From Vicugna vicugna (lineage: Eukaryota): DNA of 64,000 nucleotides. Of the stretch, positions 24,291-37,600 are shown piece after piece. The notes below the pieces were generated by a model, which worked only from the letters and a program-made list of their open reading frames with translations, did no database searches and was not told the origin of the DNA. Made by a program: the position numbers and the translations under genes. The DNA is taken from the NCBI GenBank assembly GCA_013265495.1, contig MU060970.1, positions 11,237,063-11,301,062 of the forward strand. Direction: 5' to 3'. Within the stretch, counting starts at the first letter, position 1. Every line of letters starts with the position of its first letter.

Positions 24291-26570
24291 TGTGCCCCAA
24301 TGCACTGTAAAATGGGTATTGCTTTCTCAATTTGTATTCTCAAACTTGGTAGGAGGCCCGAGGGATGCTCTCGAGGTATCCTGTCCTGCCCCAAACCTTT
24401 CTCGTGTGCATCCAGCCGAAGCCTGTGGACAAGAGCTGATGAGGAGGGGTAGACTCCTCGTGCATGGGGCGCTCAGAGATTCCAAATTGTCGTGCTAATC
24501 TTTAAACACTCATTAAAATTTCAGTTGTATTTTCTTACCTGCTTCTATGTTGGCCACTTCCTCCCACGCTAGGTCAAAGGTTGAAGAGCACATGCGCCCT
24601 CTCTCCTCAGAGGGACTTGTCACCCTTTTCAATTTAATTCACCTGCTTGCCTTGCAGCCTCAGCCCCCGATGGGCTAAAAGTATGAGTTTGTAGATTATC
24701 GGGCTTTTTATTACCATTAGGGTGGGACTGATGTTCTCTTGTAGCTTTCTTCAACCTGAGCAGGATGTGGGTAACTTCTGGTCAGGGTGCTGGCCTGGGC
24801 TTCCAAGGCCAACAGTCCCCAAAAGGATGGGAGGGCCACAGGGAGACTGGAAAGGGGGCAGGGTTCCACTGGTGGAGGCCTGGGGGCTTTTGAGGAACCC
24901 AAGCCTTGACTCTGGCCAACAGCTCATCCGGCTTCCAAGCTGACTGGATCCCCCAAGCCCCATTCCAGAAATAACCCAGTGACCAATGTCACCTCTGGTG
25001 ACATCATCATTCATCATCATTGCCCCTTAGATTTTCTGGTCACACTGTTTTCAGTGTTTTCACAAGTAGGCAAGGCAAATGCTTGCAGTGACACTTTTCA
25101 GATGAGCAAACAGGCTCAGAGTCCCTCAGAATCTTAGAGCCCAAAGGCTCCCTAGAGCTGCCTTGCCCCCACACTGGACTCTATGGGGCCCTAGAAGTCA
25201 GTGGAGATTCCTTGGGGCTGGTTTCCTGGTCCCTCTTCCTCAACTCAGGTGCTGCAGTCCTGCTCTGATGTTGAGCTTCTGCCGACGCTGATTGAACAAA
25301 GGTTCCCAATGGTGTGAAATTCTAAATTACTGATCCAGCCTAACACCGCCGTTCCTTGTCCTGGTGATAGCAACTGAGCAGAGTCAGTACCCGGAGCACT
25401 ACATGAAGGATTCTTAGGAGGAGTCCAGGCTCAGTGGGGAAGGGTGCAGTGATGGATTGGCAATGTCTGCTCTAGGCACGGGATGGGGGAGCACTGGCAT
25501 GTGTTTCCATGTGTTATCCTTGCACCACGAAATGTGCAGGACTGCTGTTAGAGCCAGGGTGCTCTAAGAGCCCCACCATGCCCTTACTACTCACCATGGC
25601 AAAGACTGCACTGCAACAAGGGCACGTGCCCACCCAGGCCCATGACCCCCCTCCCTGCAGGCTACACTCTGGGTACACTGGCTCACAGAATTCTCCACCC
25701 GAGCAGTCTTCAATGCAATTCTAGAGCTTGTGTAGCATCTCCCTAGGTCAGTCCCCCTAAGGTGTGACTAGGTCACCACGTATACACCCCTAAGCCCAAG
25801 CGGTAGCTGTTTAGAAGGAGTGGTTTCCAGGGGAAGCAGTTTGCACAAGGAGGGCTAGAGACACACAGGCATGTGAGGTCCCTGGAGGGGGTCTCTGCAC
25901 CCTTGTCCTGAGCCCCACAAATGTCAGGGAGGGGCCTGTGAGACACTCATTTAAAGAGCATAGTAATGAATTAGTGATGTCTGACACGGGCAAGAGGTGA
26001 GGCGAGGATGGGTTGCTTTCAATTACACGGCACCTTTCATGTCAGCTCTCCTTGCCCAATAAGATGTATCACTTTCCTTCCACTTCCTGTCCAGCATCCA
26101 CATCCCGCTTGGACTTTTCCAGGCAAAGAGTGCTCACCACCTTCCAAGGAAGCCACCCCCTGCATGTCTGAACAGCTCTGCTAATTAGAACATCCTTCCC
26201 TACACAGACCCCAAAACTACCTCCCAGGCACTTCCGCCCTTTGGACCAAATTCTGGATGTTGACTCGCTCAAGGCCAAATAGCTACTAGGTGGCAGAGGC
26301 TAAGTGGGACCTCCCAGGCCCTCAGCCCTGCTCTCGCCTCTCCACACTGAACTGATGCTCAGAGGAGCCCCAGAACGAGTGGGGCCAAGGCAGGGAGGCT
26401 GAAGGCCGCATCTCCTTGTGGCACCAGCCCCTCCCTGTCCACCCCAACCCCAGTCATCTTACCAGCCCAGCACACTAGAGCTCTGGCTTCGCTGTCCCTC
26501 TCCTCTAAAACAGAGAGAAAGAAAAACACAGTACAACATTTTGGGATCCAAAACAAATCACCAAAGACAA

Positions 26571-28151
26571 TGTTAATAAATATATAAAAGTTTAAAGATC
26601 TGGATCTCAAAGGCACTTAACACAGGCAGGCTGGGTCGCACGGGAATGGTTCAGTGTGTGCCCCCTAGCATCTCAAAGAGGGGGCAGGCAGCAAGTGGAA
26701 AGGGCACCTGGGGAGCCCCCCCTAAGGCCTCCACCCACCAGGGGTTGCAGGTGGTGCCCGCTGCTCCTATTCCTCTAGCCTGGCTCAGAATGCCCCCTGG
26801 CTCTGGAGATAGAAGAACAGGCAGGTACCTTTACGGCCTACTGAGGAGTCTGGGAGATCCTCTGCACGACTCAGAGCGAGGACCCCTGGGAGAGATCCTG
26901 GGACCCAGGTGGCTTCTTGGGAACCAGAGGGTCTAGGGAAGTTACCTGCCCTTGGAGGTAACAAAGAGGGCAGCTGAGGCCCCACAGCACCATGGCCAGT
27001 ATCTCCTCCCAACCCCTGCATGGGGCAGAAGCTCAGATCCCACCCTGGCACATGGCCCTTGTCATCCCCAGGGCCTGGCTGTGAGTGGACTCTGGTCCTC
27101 AGCCCTGGAGCCAGTCACCCCCACCTCCACACCCGCCCAGCACCACAAACCTCTGGCCCAGCTTGAGCCAGGTAGGAGAAGACAGACCCCTGACTCCAGC
27201 AGGGGCAGGGGTCTCTATGGTAGAGGGCAACAATTGACAGGGCACAGCCCGAGAACTCAAGTCTCCTCTGTGCCCTACAAAGTCACCTTCCAGGCTGTAC
27301 TCCCTTCACACCCTGGAATGATGACCAGAGTTGCCATGCCTGGTCCAGCCATGGGTCTAGCACCAGGTGGGAACCCCTGGGATGAAGAGGACACATGGTC
27401 CACAGTGTCCAGAGCCCCCTGCTCCGGAGGCTGGGGTGAGGTTGGGAGGCCCGCCTGTAACCTGAAGGCACCAGAAGTAACAGGAAGTGCCATCCGCAGG
27501 GGCGGAGGTGGCCACCAACACTGCCCTCGGACCAGCAAAGGCGGGCTGGACTCTGCTCCTTGGCCTTGGTCAGAGGAGCTGCCTGGAGCTCTCGCTACAA
27601 AGAGCTGAGCCTGAGATGAACTTGCCCCCCTACCCCACCCCTTCCCTGCAGCTGGAGCCTCACGACCCCAATCGACCCCAGCCCCCTGCTTTTCAGATCG
27701 CCTTAGGAACTCTCCCCATCACCTCCCCGGCCCCTTTGCGTCTCTGGACAGAGCCAGATGGACAGGGCCTCCACAGGGGTCCCCATAAGTTCTGGCAAAG
27801 GCAGGCAGCAAGACAGATCCAGTGTGGGACCTGGTGGCTGTGAGGAGGGATGATGTCAGCTGGCCCTCAGTCCTGGCGGGAGAGATGGACAGGACCCCTG
27901 AGAGGTTCGATTCAGTCACCTGGGCTGCTTGCTGAGGTATCTCTGGTTAGGGCTTTCCCTGATCTTTTTCTTCCTCACACACCCACTTCATGGGGTGACA
28001 AGTGTCACAGCCCCAAACTAGAACAATAAGAAGGCAAATAATTTAAAAGGCAGTCTGTGCTTGCCCCCGCCCCGCTGTGTGTCCTCTGAGCTGGGGGTCT
28101 CCAGGGCAGCACAGAGTGTAAACTTGACTGGCGGGATGGGCGAGGCAGGGC
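26571..28151 (-). other. ADAMTS14: Probable ADAMTS14 3' UTR (end inferred)
   Basis: Follows the stop codon; no obvious repeat; ends in an AU-rich island with poly(A)-site-like architecture. Confidence 0.55.
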
Positions 28152-28642
28152 TCATGTCACCGGGGAGGTGGCGGGAAGGCTGGTGCCTGGATGCTTCGGG
28201 TCTTCCCTGAGCTGCCCTTTATTTTCGGAGGCTGGTGTAGGTGTCCCGGTCCAGCTCCAAGGCCGTCCCTGGGGGGTGCTAGGGGATGTGCCCCAGAACG
28301 ATGTAGGGCTCAGTTTCTGGGGAGCGAAGTGGTGCTGGGTCACTGGGGAGCTTGTGTCCAGAGGTCCTGGGAGCTGTGTGGGCGGGCCATGCTGATGGTC
28401 GTCCGATCCCATTGGCCCCACAGTGGGCTCCACAGCACCTGGAGGGGTCTTGGGTCCGGGGAAGGGGCTGCCAGGAGTGGAGACAGGTGGTGGTGCGGCC
28501 AGGCTGGGGTCCGGGCTCGCGTCAGGGCCCAAGGCCTTCTTGGTACAGGACTCACAGCACAGCTGGTGGTAGCCAGGGGTGGAGCAGTGTTCGAGGGCTT
28601 CCATCTGGCAGAAGATGGACCTGTCCCCCACGCAGGGCTCCG
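28152..28642 (-). CDS. ADAMTS14: ADAMTS14 exon 22 coding part (PLAC domain and Pro-rich C-terminus to TGA)
   Basis: tgtgtgcag| acceptor, phase 1; [13 protein letters not shown]...CCESC...ATSPVT*; TGA at 28152..28154. Confidence 0.96.
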
Positions 28643-31600
28643 CTGCACACACAGCACAAGGACCGATGCTGGAGGACACCCATCCGCCAGTGACACCTCC
28701 CACTCAGCCATCCATCTCCCGCCCTGTCTGGACTTGCTAGAAAGCTTTTTCCCAGAGGGGGCTGGAGGGCTGCCTGGCAGGAGAGACTGGCCCAAGTACG
28801 AGCCCTGATCTACTTGGGAGAGGAACTAAAATCCCCTGGAACAGTGGTTCTCCAAGTGGGGTCCCCACACATGCAGCATCAACCTCACCTGGAAGCTTGT
28901 TGGAAACGCCAATTCTCTGGCCCCATCTAGACCTACTGAATCAGCAGCTCTGGGGGTAGGGCCCTACTCTGTGTTTTAACAAAACCTTCAAGGTGACTCC
29001 AATGCAGAGCGAAATCTGAGAACCACGGCCCCACATCACCAGTCATCAGAGTTGGCTGCAAACTGGAATCACCTGTGAGCTTTACAAACGGCAACTGTCC
29101 ACCTCCCCGCCCCCACGCCCAGGGAGACTGTGTGGTCTGGGTGTGGCCTGGCCCTGGGTGATTGTAAACCGCAGCAATGCTTGGGAATCCTGTTCTAGAT
29201 AGAAGCGGGAATCCTTGCCCCCTCCCAATCAACCCCCAAAAATCTCATCCATTCTGGCCAGGACCAGGCAAACGCCCAGGTAATTCACACTGTGACAAGC
29301 AGATTAAACGTCCTGCCACTGGCCAGCACCCATTTGGAACATGAAGCCCTCCACCAGTAAATTTGGAATCAAGCAGATCTAGGTTCCAATCAAGGCTCTA
29401 CCACTTAAAAGCTGCGAGGCCTTGGGCAAGTCACTTAAACTGTCCAGCCCCCAGTTTCTTCTCCTATAAAATGGGGATAATGCTGGCATTTGCCAATGAA
29501 TAAGAATATCAAAATTGTCAACAGAATTTATAAAGTTCCTGGCATAGACGGGCACTCACTACACTAGTTGTGTTTGCTTTGGTTTAAATGTCATCTAAAA
29601 ATGTTTTTGCATTTCTGTGGTATGTTCAGGTAGGTCTCTCCAGACAATGTAAAGGCAGGAGCTTGGCTTTCTACTAATTTTTGCCAGGGAAAGAGAGGAG
29701 GAGGAGAAGTGGGGAGGAAGGGAGGGGGAGGGTGGAGAAGGGGAGGGGGATAGAGAGAGAGAGAGGGAGAAAAAGGAGAGAGAAAAGGTGAAGTGCGGGC
29801 TTAGGGGTAAGAGAGAGAGACTAGAGAAAATAGTAAGCCAGTCGCCTCTAGATGGCGCCAGAATTCTAGGACCAGAATCAGAGCTTGCCTTTGCTTCCGG
29901 GAGGAAGAGACAAGAAAACCCAGGGGCTTGAACAGCCTGAGCCTCAGCACAGAAGCACAGTACTAGCAAGACTGGACCCAGAAGATTCTCTGAGAACATC
30001 TGGTCAGATCCTTTTATTTTACTGATGAGGTCGCTGAGCTCAGAGAGGTTCAGGGATTTGCACAAGGTCACACAGCCAACTGGTCCTCTAACTAGGAGTT
30101 AGGGTCTGTGATCTTTCTGCTACTCATCTTGGCAGACCCTGGTCCTTGGGAAGGTGAGAAAGGGAAAGAGAAAAGGAATCTAGGAAGGAAGCATAGAACA
30201 TAGAGCCCAGTACATAATAGGTACTTAGGCAATATTTATTAATGGACGGATAGTGGATAGATGGATGGGCGGGTGGGTGGATGAATGGAAAGATGAGAGG
30301 ATGAACTGATGGGCTCCTGATCATGAAGCAGAGAGAAATTACTGCTACTATTTTTGTTGTTAGCTGACAGCTAAGCAGAAGTGCATGCGTTATCTCATTT
30401 AATTTTCTCAACAGCCCTATAAAGACAGCTCAGAAACTACAGTTGCATATCCAAAAATCTTGGAACCAGATATGATTCATAATTCAGAACTTTTGAGGTT
30501 AGAAAAGTAATATTCAGTGTATTCTTATTATACAACATCCCTAGTGAAGGGGAGGTCACCCTGTAACCAAACATGGCAACGTTTCTATAGCAAGAGAATC
30601 ACTCATCTCTTGCTAGTGCAGTTCAGATTTTGCTGCCCAATGAGCGTGCACCAAATTTAGGGAGACATTTGCAGCTTTCAATATTTTGGAACTGCAGATA
30701 AGGAATCGTGCACCAATACAAGCATCATCCCCACCTCCCAACTGAAGAATCCAAGGCTCCAGGAGGTTAAGGTCACATGGACAGACTGGAAGCTGGGTTC
30801 ACTCCATGGCATGGCCTACACTTATGTTGCCATGGACACTGGAAGGTTGGGAGGAGGTCCAGAGATACACTTACTTGATGATATCTTGTTAATGGGATCT
30901 AGGGGCCCAGATTGTGGCATCCATTGCTCCTCCGGGGTCACAAGTTCCTGGATGTTGGCCTTCACTGTGGAGTTTTGGAGATTTCCTGTGAGGGGGAGAA
31001 GAAGTGCTAATATTTGGGATTTATAGTAGGTCTAGCTGCAGGTCTGGGCCAGAGGAGGTGGGCCTGCCCCCCATCCTATCCGGCTCACCTCCGCAGGTGG
31101 GCAGGCTGCAGACCTGGACGGTGTCTGGCTTGTCCCCCTCACACTGCCCGAGACTGTTGGCGTTGGTCCGGCACACCACCTGCCGCTGCTGGATGCCCTC
31201 TCCACAGGTGACGGAGCACTGCCAGGGAAAGGCCAAGGCCAAGGCCAGGCCATGATGGCCAGGGAGGGGTAGGTGGAGAGAAAAAGGAAGGAGGCGGTGA
31301 GCTCCAAAGGCCAGCCAATGCCCAGGATAGAAAGGGTATAGAGGAGGGTGCCAAACTGCTACTTGACCAGAGGGACATGCAAGGACTGCTCCACATAGCC
31401 TCACCAGGACAGCACAGCAATTGTCAAATACTCCTGAATCAGATGGAAAATAGCCACCACCCCCCAGATCTTAGAACCCCCTGAACCTTCCCTCTGGAAA
31501 AGACCTATGGGATCCCATTCCGGCGCCACTGCCTGTGTCCAGTATGTCTGATCTGTGCCTGGGTCCCTAAGTATTTTGTGTATCACCCTAGCAAGCTCCC

Positions 31601-34600
31601 TGTTGCCAGCCACCAGCCCAAGGGACCCTGGGGCAGGTCCATGCACTTTATGATACCTTATGAACGGGATATAGGAACTCAGATTGTGACACCTGCTAAA
31701 CTGAGAACACTGGGTGACAGGGTCCCCATGGACCCTTCCAGCTCTGACATTCAAAGACTTTGTGACTCAGTTTACCAACACTCAGCTCACAGAGGCATGC
31801 TCAAAAGTGACTTCGCCCCTAAAAGGGAAAGGCGTGGGTACAAGGAACAGAAGGCTGTTTGCAAGGGCTGCCACACACATCACCCTCTGGATCTCACATC
31901 CTCGGATAAATGGGCGTGTATCGGGGGCTCCCGGAAAAGTAAGGCTGCTCAGCACGACCAGGTCACCGGGTTCTGTAGGCGCTGAGCACAGCCCCTCCTA
32001 GTGGGATGGGAAGGACCTGACCTTTGTCCACTTCTCATACCAGGGCAGGCGACAACCAAGTGAGACACAAGGGCCATGTGCCACACAGAACCATAGGACA
32101 AAGATGGCTCGTCTTCCCAGGATGAATAGTTACAAACAACAATAGCTCTTGTGTGCTTCCCCAGTCTTTCAGGGGCAACTGTCTTCCACCATCTGTCACC
32201 TCTCTGTTTTATCTAAGGGGCCCTTTGTGGACCAGCAATCTTTCTATTTTATATTCCAATAAATGAAGCTATATATTAAGGGGAAGAATATAAAATCTGC
32301 ATGGGTTGTGTGGGGATTTTTAGTTAATTAAAATACTTCGTATTATGCAATATTTTAAGCCTACAGAAAAGTATAAGGAAGTTGGTCACAAACGCCTGTT
32401 CCTATGCCAGCAACTTTAATTACTCAGTGTTCTGGCATATTTTCAAATATTGTGCTGTGCCTTTTTAAACTTTAAGCAAATGGTATCCCCATTGGAAGTG
32501 CTTTTTTCTTTATACTGCAGTGTTTTTTCTCATCTATTTTTCTGATGTTTCTCTATATTGATAAGTACAGTTCAAGCTTACTCATTTTTCTTGCATATTT
32601 TATTACATGAACAGACCATGGTTTCTTTTTCAGTCCAACTGCCTATGAATGGATATTTCCTGATATTCTGCTATTACAATAATCATCATTGTGCTTATCT
32701 CCATGATCAAGTGAGTTTAAAAAATTGTGGTAAAATGTACAAATCATAAAATTTACCACTGAAACCTGTACATGTTTAAGTGTACAGTTCAGTGGCATTA
32801 AGTGTATTCACATTATTGTGCACCATCACTACCATCTATCNNNNNNNNNNNNNNNNNNNNNNNNNNNNNNNNNNNNNNNNNNNNNNNNNNNNNNNNNNNN
32901 NNNNNNNNNNNNNNNNNNNNNNNNNNNNNNNNNNNNNNNNNNNNNNNNNNNNNNNNNNNNNNNNNNNNNNNNNNNNAGTGGAATCACACAATTTCTGTCA
33001 TTTTGTGTCTGGCTTATTCCATTCTACACAATGCCTTCAAGGTCCATATCAAATGAATTTTTAAGAGAAAACCCAAGACATGAACTGGGTTCCCTGCGGC
33101 CCCTGGACTACTCCTCAGCCTTCTTACTGTTTCCCTGTTTTTCCCCTGACCTCCCCGCAATGAACTTTCCACAGAGCTGCCAGAGTGATCTTTAAACCTG
33201 ATGTAAGAGCTGGTGACACACACGTTAAAACCCTTCAAGGTTCCCCCCGTCCCCAGAGTAACTAACTCCTCATAAAGCCCTGCAGGATTTGACCCCTGCC
33301 CACCTTGCCAATGGCGTCCAGTAGCCCCTGCCCCTCCCATTAAACTCCAGCCCCACTGTCCTTTTGGTTTCTGGAACAAGGCAAGATGGTTCATGCTTCA
33401 GGGTTTTTCTATGGCTCACACCTCAAGTCTCACCTCAAATGTCACCTCCTCAGAGAGGCCCTCCCTGATATGTTACCCCATTTACTTCCGCTCAGCTCCA
33501 ACTGCAACCTGTAAATGCTTTTGTTAGTGGTTCTGTCTCGTACATCTCCCTCACTGGACTACAGCTCCCCGAGGACAAGAATGGGTCTGTCTGGTTGGTG
33601 ATGGGTTCTGTCTGGTTGACTTAGCTTTGAGAAAAATTAAATCAGATGTGAGGAGAGAAATTCAGTGAGAAACACTCCACCTGCAAGGAGCACCGGATCT
33701 CTCCGCAGCAACCCCACCCACATCCACCTCTTCCTTGACTTTCCAGAGACAGCGCCTGTTGGCCTAGCCCCTGCCACCCTCTGATGACAACTCACCTGGG
33801 ACCAGGCTCCCGTCCGCCACTGTGCCGGACAGGGCACGCGGAGGCAGGGCCGACGGGCCTCGGGCCGGTCCCCGGGGCAGGCCTTTGCTGGCATGGCCTT
33901 GTGGGTACCATTGGACAGGGGCAACAGGCACTGCACCCCCCGGGTCTGCACCCCCAGCTTCCCACAGCTCCGGCTGCAGGTGCCCCACTCCTCCGTCACC
34001 CACCTGGAGACAGACAGGGCAAAAGGTAGAGGGAAGGCAGGACTATGGGATACATCCTCCCAGGGCCACTCCTACCCCTGGCACCACCGAAGGAGCAAAA
34101 GAGTGGGTCCAGGCCTCAGAATGCTTGGGAACCGAGACAACCAACCACCTGGCTCTGCACCTGCCAGGCTGTGTGGCCTTAGGGAGGTCATTTATTCTCT
34201 TTTGTTTCCTCATCTGAAAGATGGGTACAATGCACATTTAAATCCTGGTATCCTGCATGTCCTTGGGCAAGCTATCAACACCTCTAAGCCTTGGTTACCA
34301 CATCTTTACATCAGGATTCTTTCAACACCTCCTATTTATTTGAGTATCTACCGTGTGCAAGCACTGTCCCAGGTGCTGAGATCCAGCAGATCACAAAACA
34401 GATGCAAGCCGCAACTTGTAGAGTTAACGCCACTACCATGGGGCTCAGGGGACAATCAAAGAACTTGTACACGTAAAGCACATAGCAGAGTGCATGGCAT
34501 GCAGTAGGCATGCCATAAATGCAGGCACTATTACTATCACTGTCAATGCCTGCAGAGTTTCAGTGCTGATCAGCTAAGCTGGTGGCCTCCAAGTGTCCTT

Positions 34601-37600
34601 TAGCCATAGAGCAACTTCCAGCAGCATCTTAAGCAGACGCCCACTAGAAAAGTTAGGCGAAAAAGCAAAATGCTCTGACGGGTGGAGGGAGGGGCAGCCA
34701 ACTCCCACTCCTCTCTGTTTCCTGAGGTGTCATGCAGTAAAGCAGGGCTTTTGGCCAACCAGTTCCTTTAAAAAAGCAAACAAAAAGCCCCTGAACTTCA
34801 TTTGGCATTTTACAGATGAAGAGACAAGGCAGGGTGGGGTGACTTGCTGGGGTCAACAGCAGAGTTAGCCCCATATGCTCTGTGATCACAGATGTTTGTG
34901 GGGAAAGTAGCTTGAATAGCAGTGCAAAGAAAGACATAAAAGAGAGGCATGGAAGGCTGGGAGGCCTGGATCGTGGCCTGGGCCGGGCACGGGGAGGCCA
35001 CAGCAGGCTCCAGCACTGGCCCTGAGGTCCCTCCACCCTGAGGGAGCAGAGCTGCTGTGGGTCAGCGAGGCCAAGTCAGAACCCCCCCAACCGTGGGAGG
35101 ACTCCTGGGGAGGCCAGAGCATGGGCTCAGCTCTCTGAGGTTTCCTACTGGCCAGTTACCCTCGGCCCTGCCTGGGGGCCCCTACAGAAGCCTGCTGGGG
35201 CTGAGGCAGTGCGGGGCCAGCTCTGCAACGGGCTCAGAGTCCAGACCTTAATCCTCCACAAGTCACAGCTCTTCCTTCTCTCCAAAACTCCCTCCAAAAA
35301 CCCCCAAGAGCATGACCTTGTGCTCAAAAGAGCCTGTATCCTTGGGCCCCCAACCAGGGGCTAGACCACAGCTGGGGGCTGGCAGGCCAGGCCGCGTCCC
35401 TGGGTCCCCGATGGCTGGGCAGAGAGGAGCTGGTGGACAGTGTCCTGGCCCAGGGCCTGGAGCCTGGAAGCACTGAAATCCACTTCCCCACCATGGACTC
35501 CCCTGGATCACTGAGGGAAACCTGTGTCCCCAAATCGAGCCTCAGCTTCCCCACCTGTAAAGAATGCCGGGAGGAGCAGAACAAAGGAAGCGTCTTCCTC
35601 CTTCTGGGAGCAGAAGTTAATCCAGAAACCCCGGAGGGGACGGAGGGGCAAGGAGGGCAGCACTGGCCATGGGCAGAGCCTGGCGGGTGGGCTGCTCTCT
35701 GCTGAGGGAGTCCCGGACCATGTGCCTCCTCAGCGCTCCAGTGCTGAGGGAAGCAGGCTCAGCGGCCCCTCCCTCCATGGCCAGGGCTGGCAGAGGGCCT
35801 GACATCGGGGTCCCCATCCTTCCCCCAGAAGCACTCACACAGGCTGGGCACACGGGTGCTGGTTGCAGCGCCGGCGGATGGGCTTGGGCCTCTTCCTGTG
35901 GTCGCACAGGTGCCGCTGGACCATGTGGTGGTCTCGTCGGCGCCGGCAGCCGTACTTGGTGAACTGGATCCCTGAAGGGAGAGCAGCCTGCTGTGGGGCT
36001 CAGTCCCGCCAGGCCCCCACTGCCCTGCCCCTGCCCTGCCCCGAGGTGGGCTCGGGAGAGCCGGGAGCCAATCCTGCCTCCCTCTGTGCCTCTGCACCTC
36101 TTCATGCCCAAGCCACTTTCTGAAGAAGCCTTCCTTGACCAGCCCATTTTAGGTGTCCCTGGTATCATGCAGGTGGGGACGTGGCTCTGGACTGCTGCCA
36201 CTCCGCACAGCTGGTGAGCCCCACAGGGCAGATGCCCTGCCCTGATATTGCTCAAGAACCCTTAGCCCATCCCCAAGCCCTGTCCAGAGACTTTGAAGGA
36301 GAAACTGAGGCATGAACTGGGCACATGCCAAGTAGGGACAACGTCAGCCCCCCAACCAGCCCTGCTCGTCTCCCGAGAGGCCCTGGGTGGCCCCCACAAG
36401 GTGGCTGCACCGTCAGGCCAGCCAGTACCTCCTCCGCAGGCCTTGGTGCAGGGGGCCCAGCTCTTGAGCGCCCACTCGTAGGTGTCCGTCTCCTCCAGGA
36501 GCACGTTGTTGCTCCCGATAAGGGGCAGCAGGTCCTCATGGATGACATACTTATAGGCCAGGCTGCTGCGGGGGCCACCCTCAGCCAGGGGGAGCACCTG
36601 AAGGGGAGATGGAGGAAGTGGCACAGGACTGGAGAGCAGAAAAGCAAGGCCAGCATGGGGGGACAGGGGAGGAGAGGTCAAAGGGAAGGACACATGGTCA
36701 GAAGCAGAACCAGTGAAAGCCAGGAGGGGGACAGCACTAACCGTGGCCTGGAGAGGCCATCAGACCACAAGCCACATAGCAAACCCAGGTGAAGCACCTA
36801 CTGTGTGCCAGGCCCAAGAACAGCCTGTGTGACCATCGGTGAGACTCCCTCAAACAGACCTAAGTTCCAGCAAGGACGGGAAGCATGTCTGCCGGTCTGT
36901 TCACCAGGGCTCCCACACCGCCTGACTCTAGAAGATGGTCTACAGTAGAGGCTCTTATCAGATATACGACTGCAAATGTTTTCTCCCATTCTGTTCAGGT
37001 TATTTTCTCACTTTCTTGAAAATGTCTTCTGATGTGCAAAAGGCTTCAATTTCTGTGAAGACCAATTTATTTATTTTTCATTTGCTGCTCACGCTTCTGG
37101 CATCATATCTAAGACTCCAAAGCCATGAGATTTGTTCCTCTATTTTCTCCAAGAGTTCTATGGTTTTAGCTCCTGTACTTAGGGCTTTGATCTCTTTTTG
37201 AGCTGATTTTTGTACGTAGTGTGAGGCAGGGGTTCAACTTCATTCTTTTGCACGTGGATTACAGTTGTCTCAGTATCCTTAGTTAAAGGCATTCTTCTTT
37301 CCCCATTGAATGGTCTTGGCACTCTTGCTGAAAATCAACTGGCCATGGGTGTATGGGTGAGTAATAAGTACAGGGTGAACAGAAAGCATGTGTTGGATTG
37401 GATTAAAATGCCGGCACTAAGAGGCTTCAGACCCTGCCCTCTAGGACCTCCCTGACTAATGAGGGTAGCACCAGGAACAAAGCCTGTCCAAGGTCTCCCT
37501 GCTCCCAGCCAATGCCAAGGGCACTGCGGACAGAGCCTTTCCTGGTCTGGTCTCCTGGGTTAACAATCCCTGCTCCTTAAGTCTGGCTGATGGTCTAGGA

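Noticed and set aside
26952-27608. 218-aa + strand ORF
   Set aside because: Antisense to the ADAMTS14 3' UTR, no homology recognised, GC-rich stop-poor sequence
28191-28808. 205-aa + strand ORF, and similar ones at 33893..34507 and 48688..49344
   Set aside because: Shadow frames antisense to real GC-rich ADAMTS14 exons, running on into intron or repeat sequence
30826-30839. RFX X-box-like GTTGCCATGGACAC
   Set aside because: Second half-site has two mismatches; a single weak motif beside an exon
35617-36255. 212-aa minus-strand ORF over exon 18
   Set aside because: Out of frame with the true exon and extends through intron; no recognisable protein
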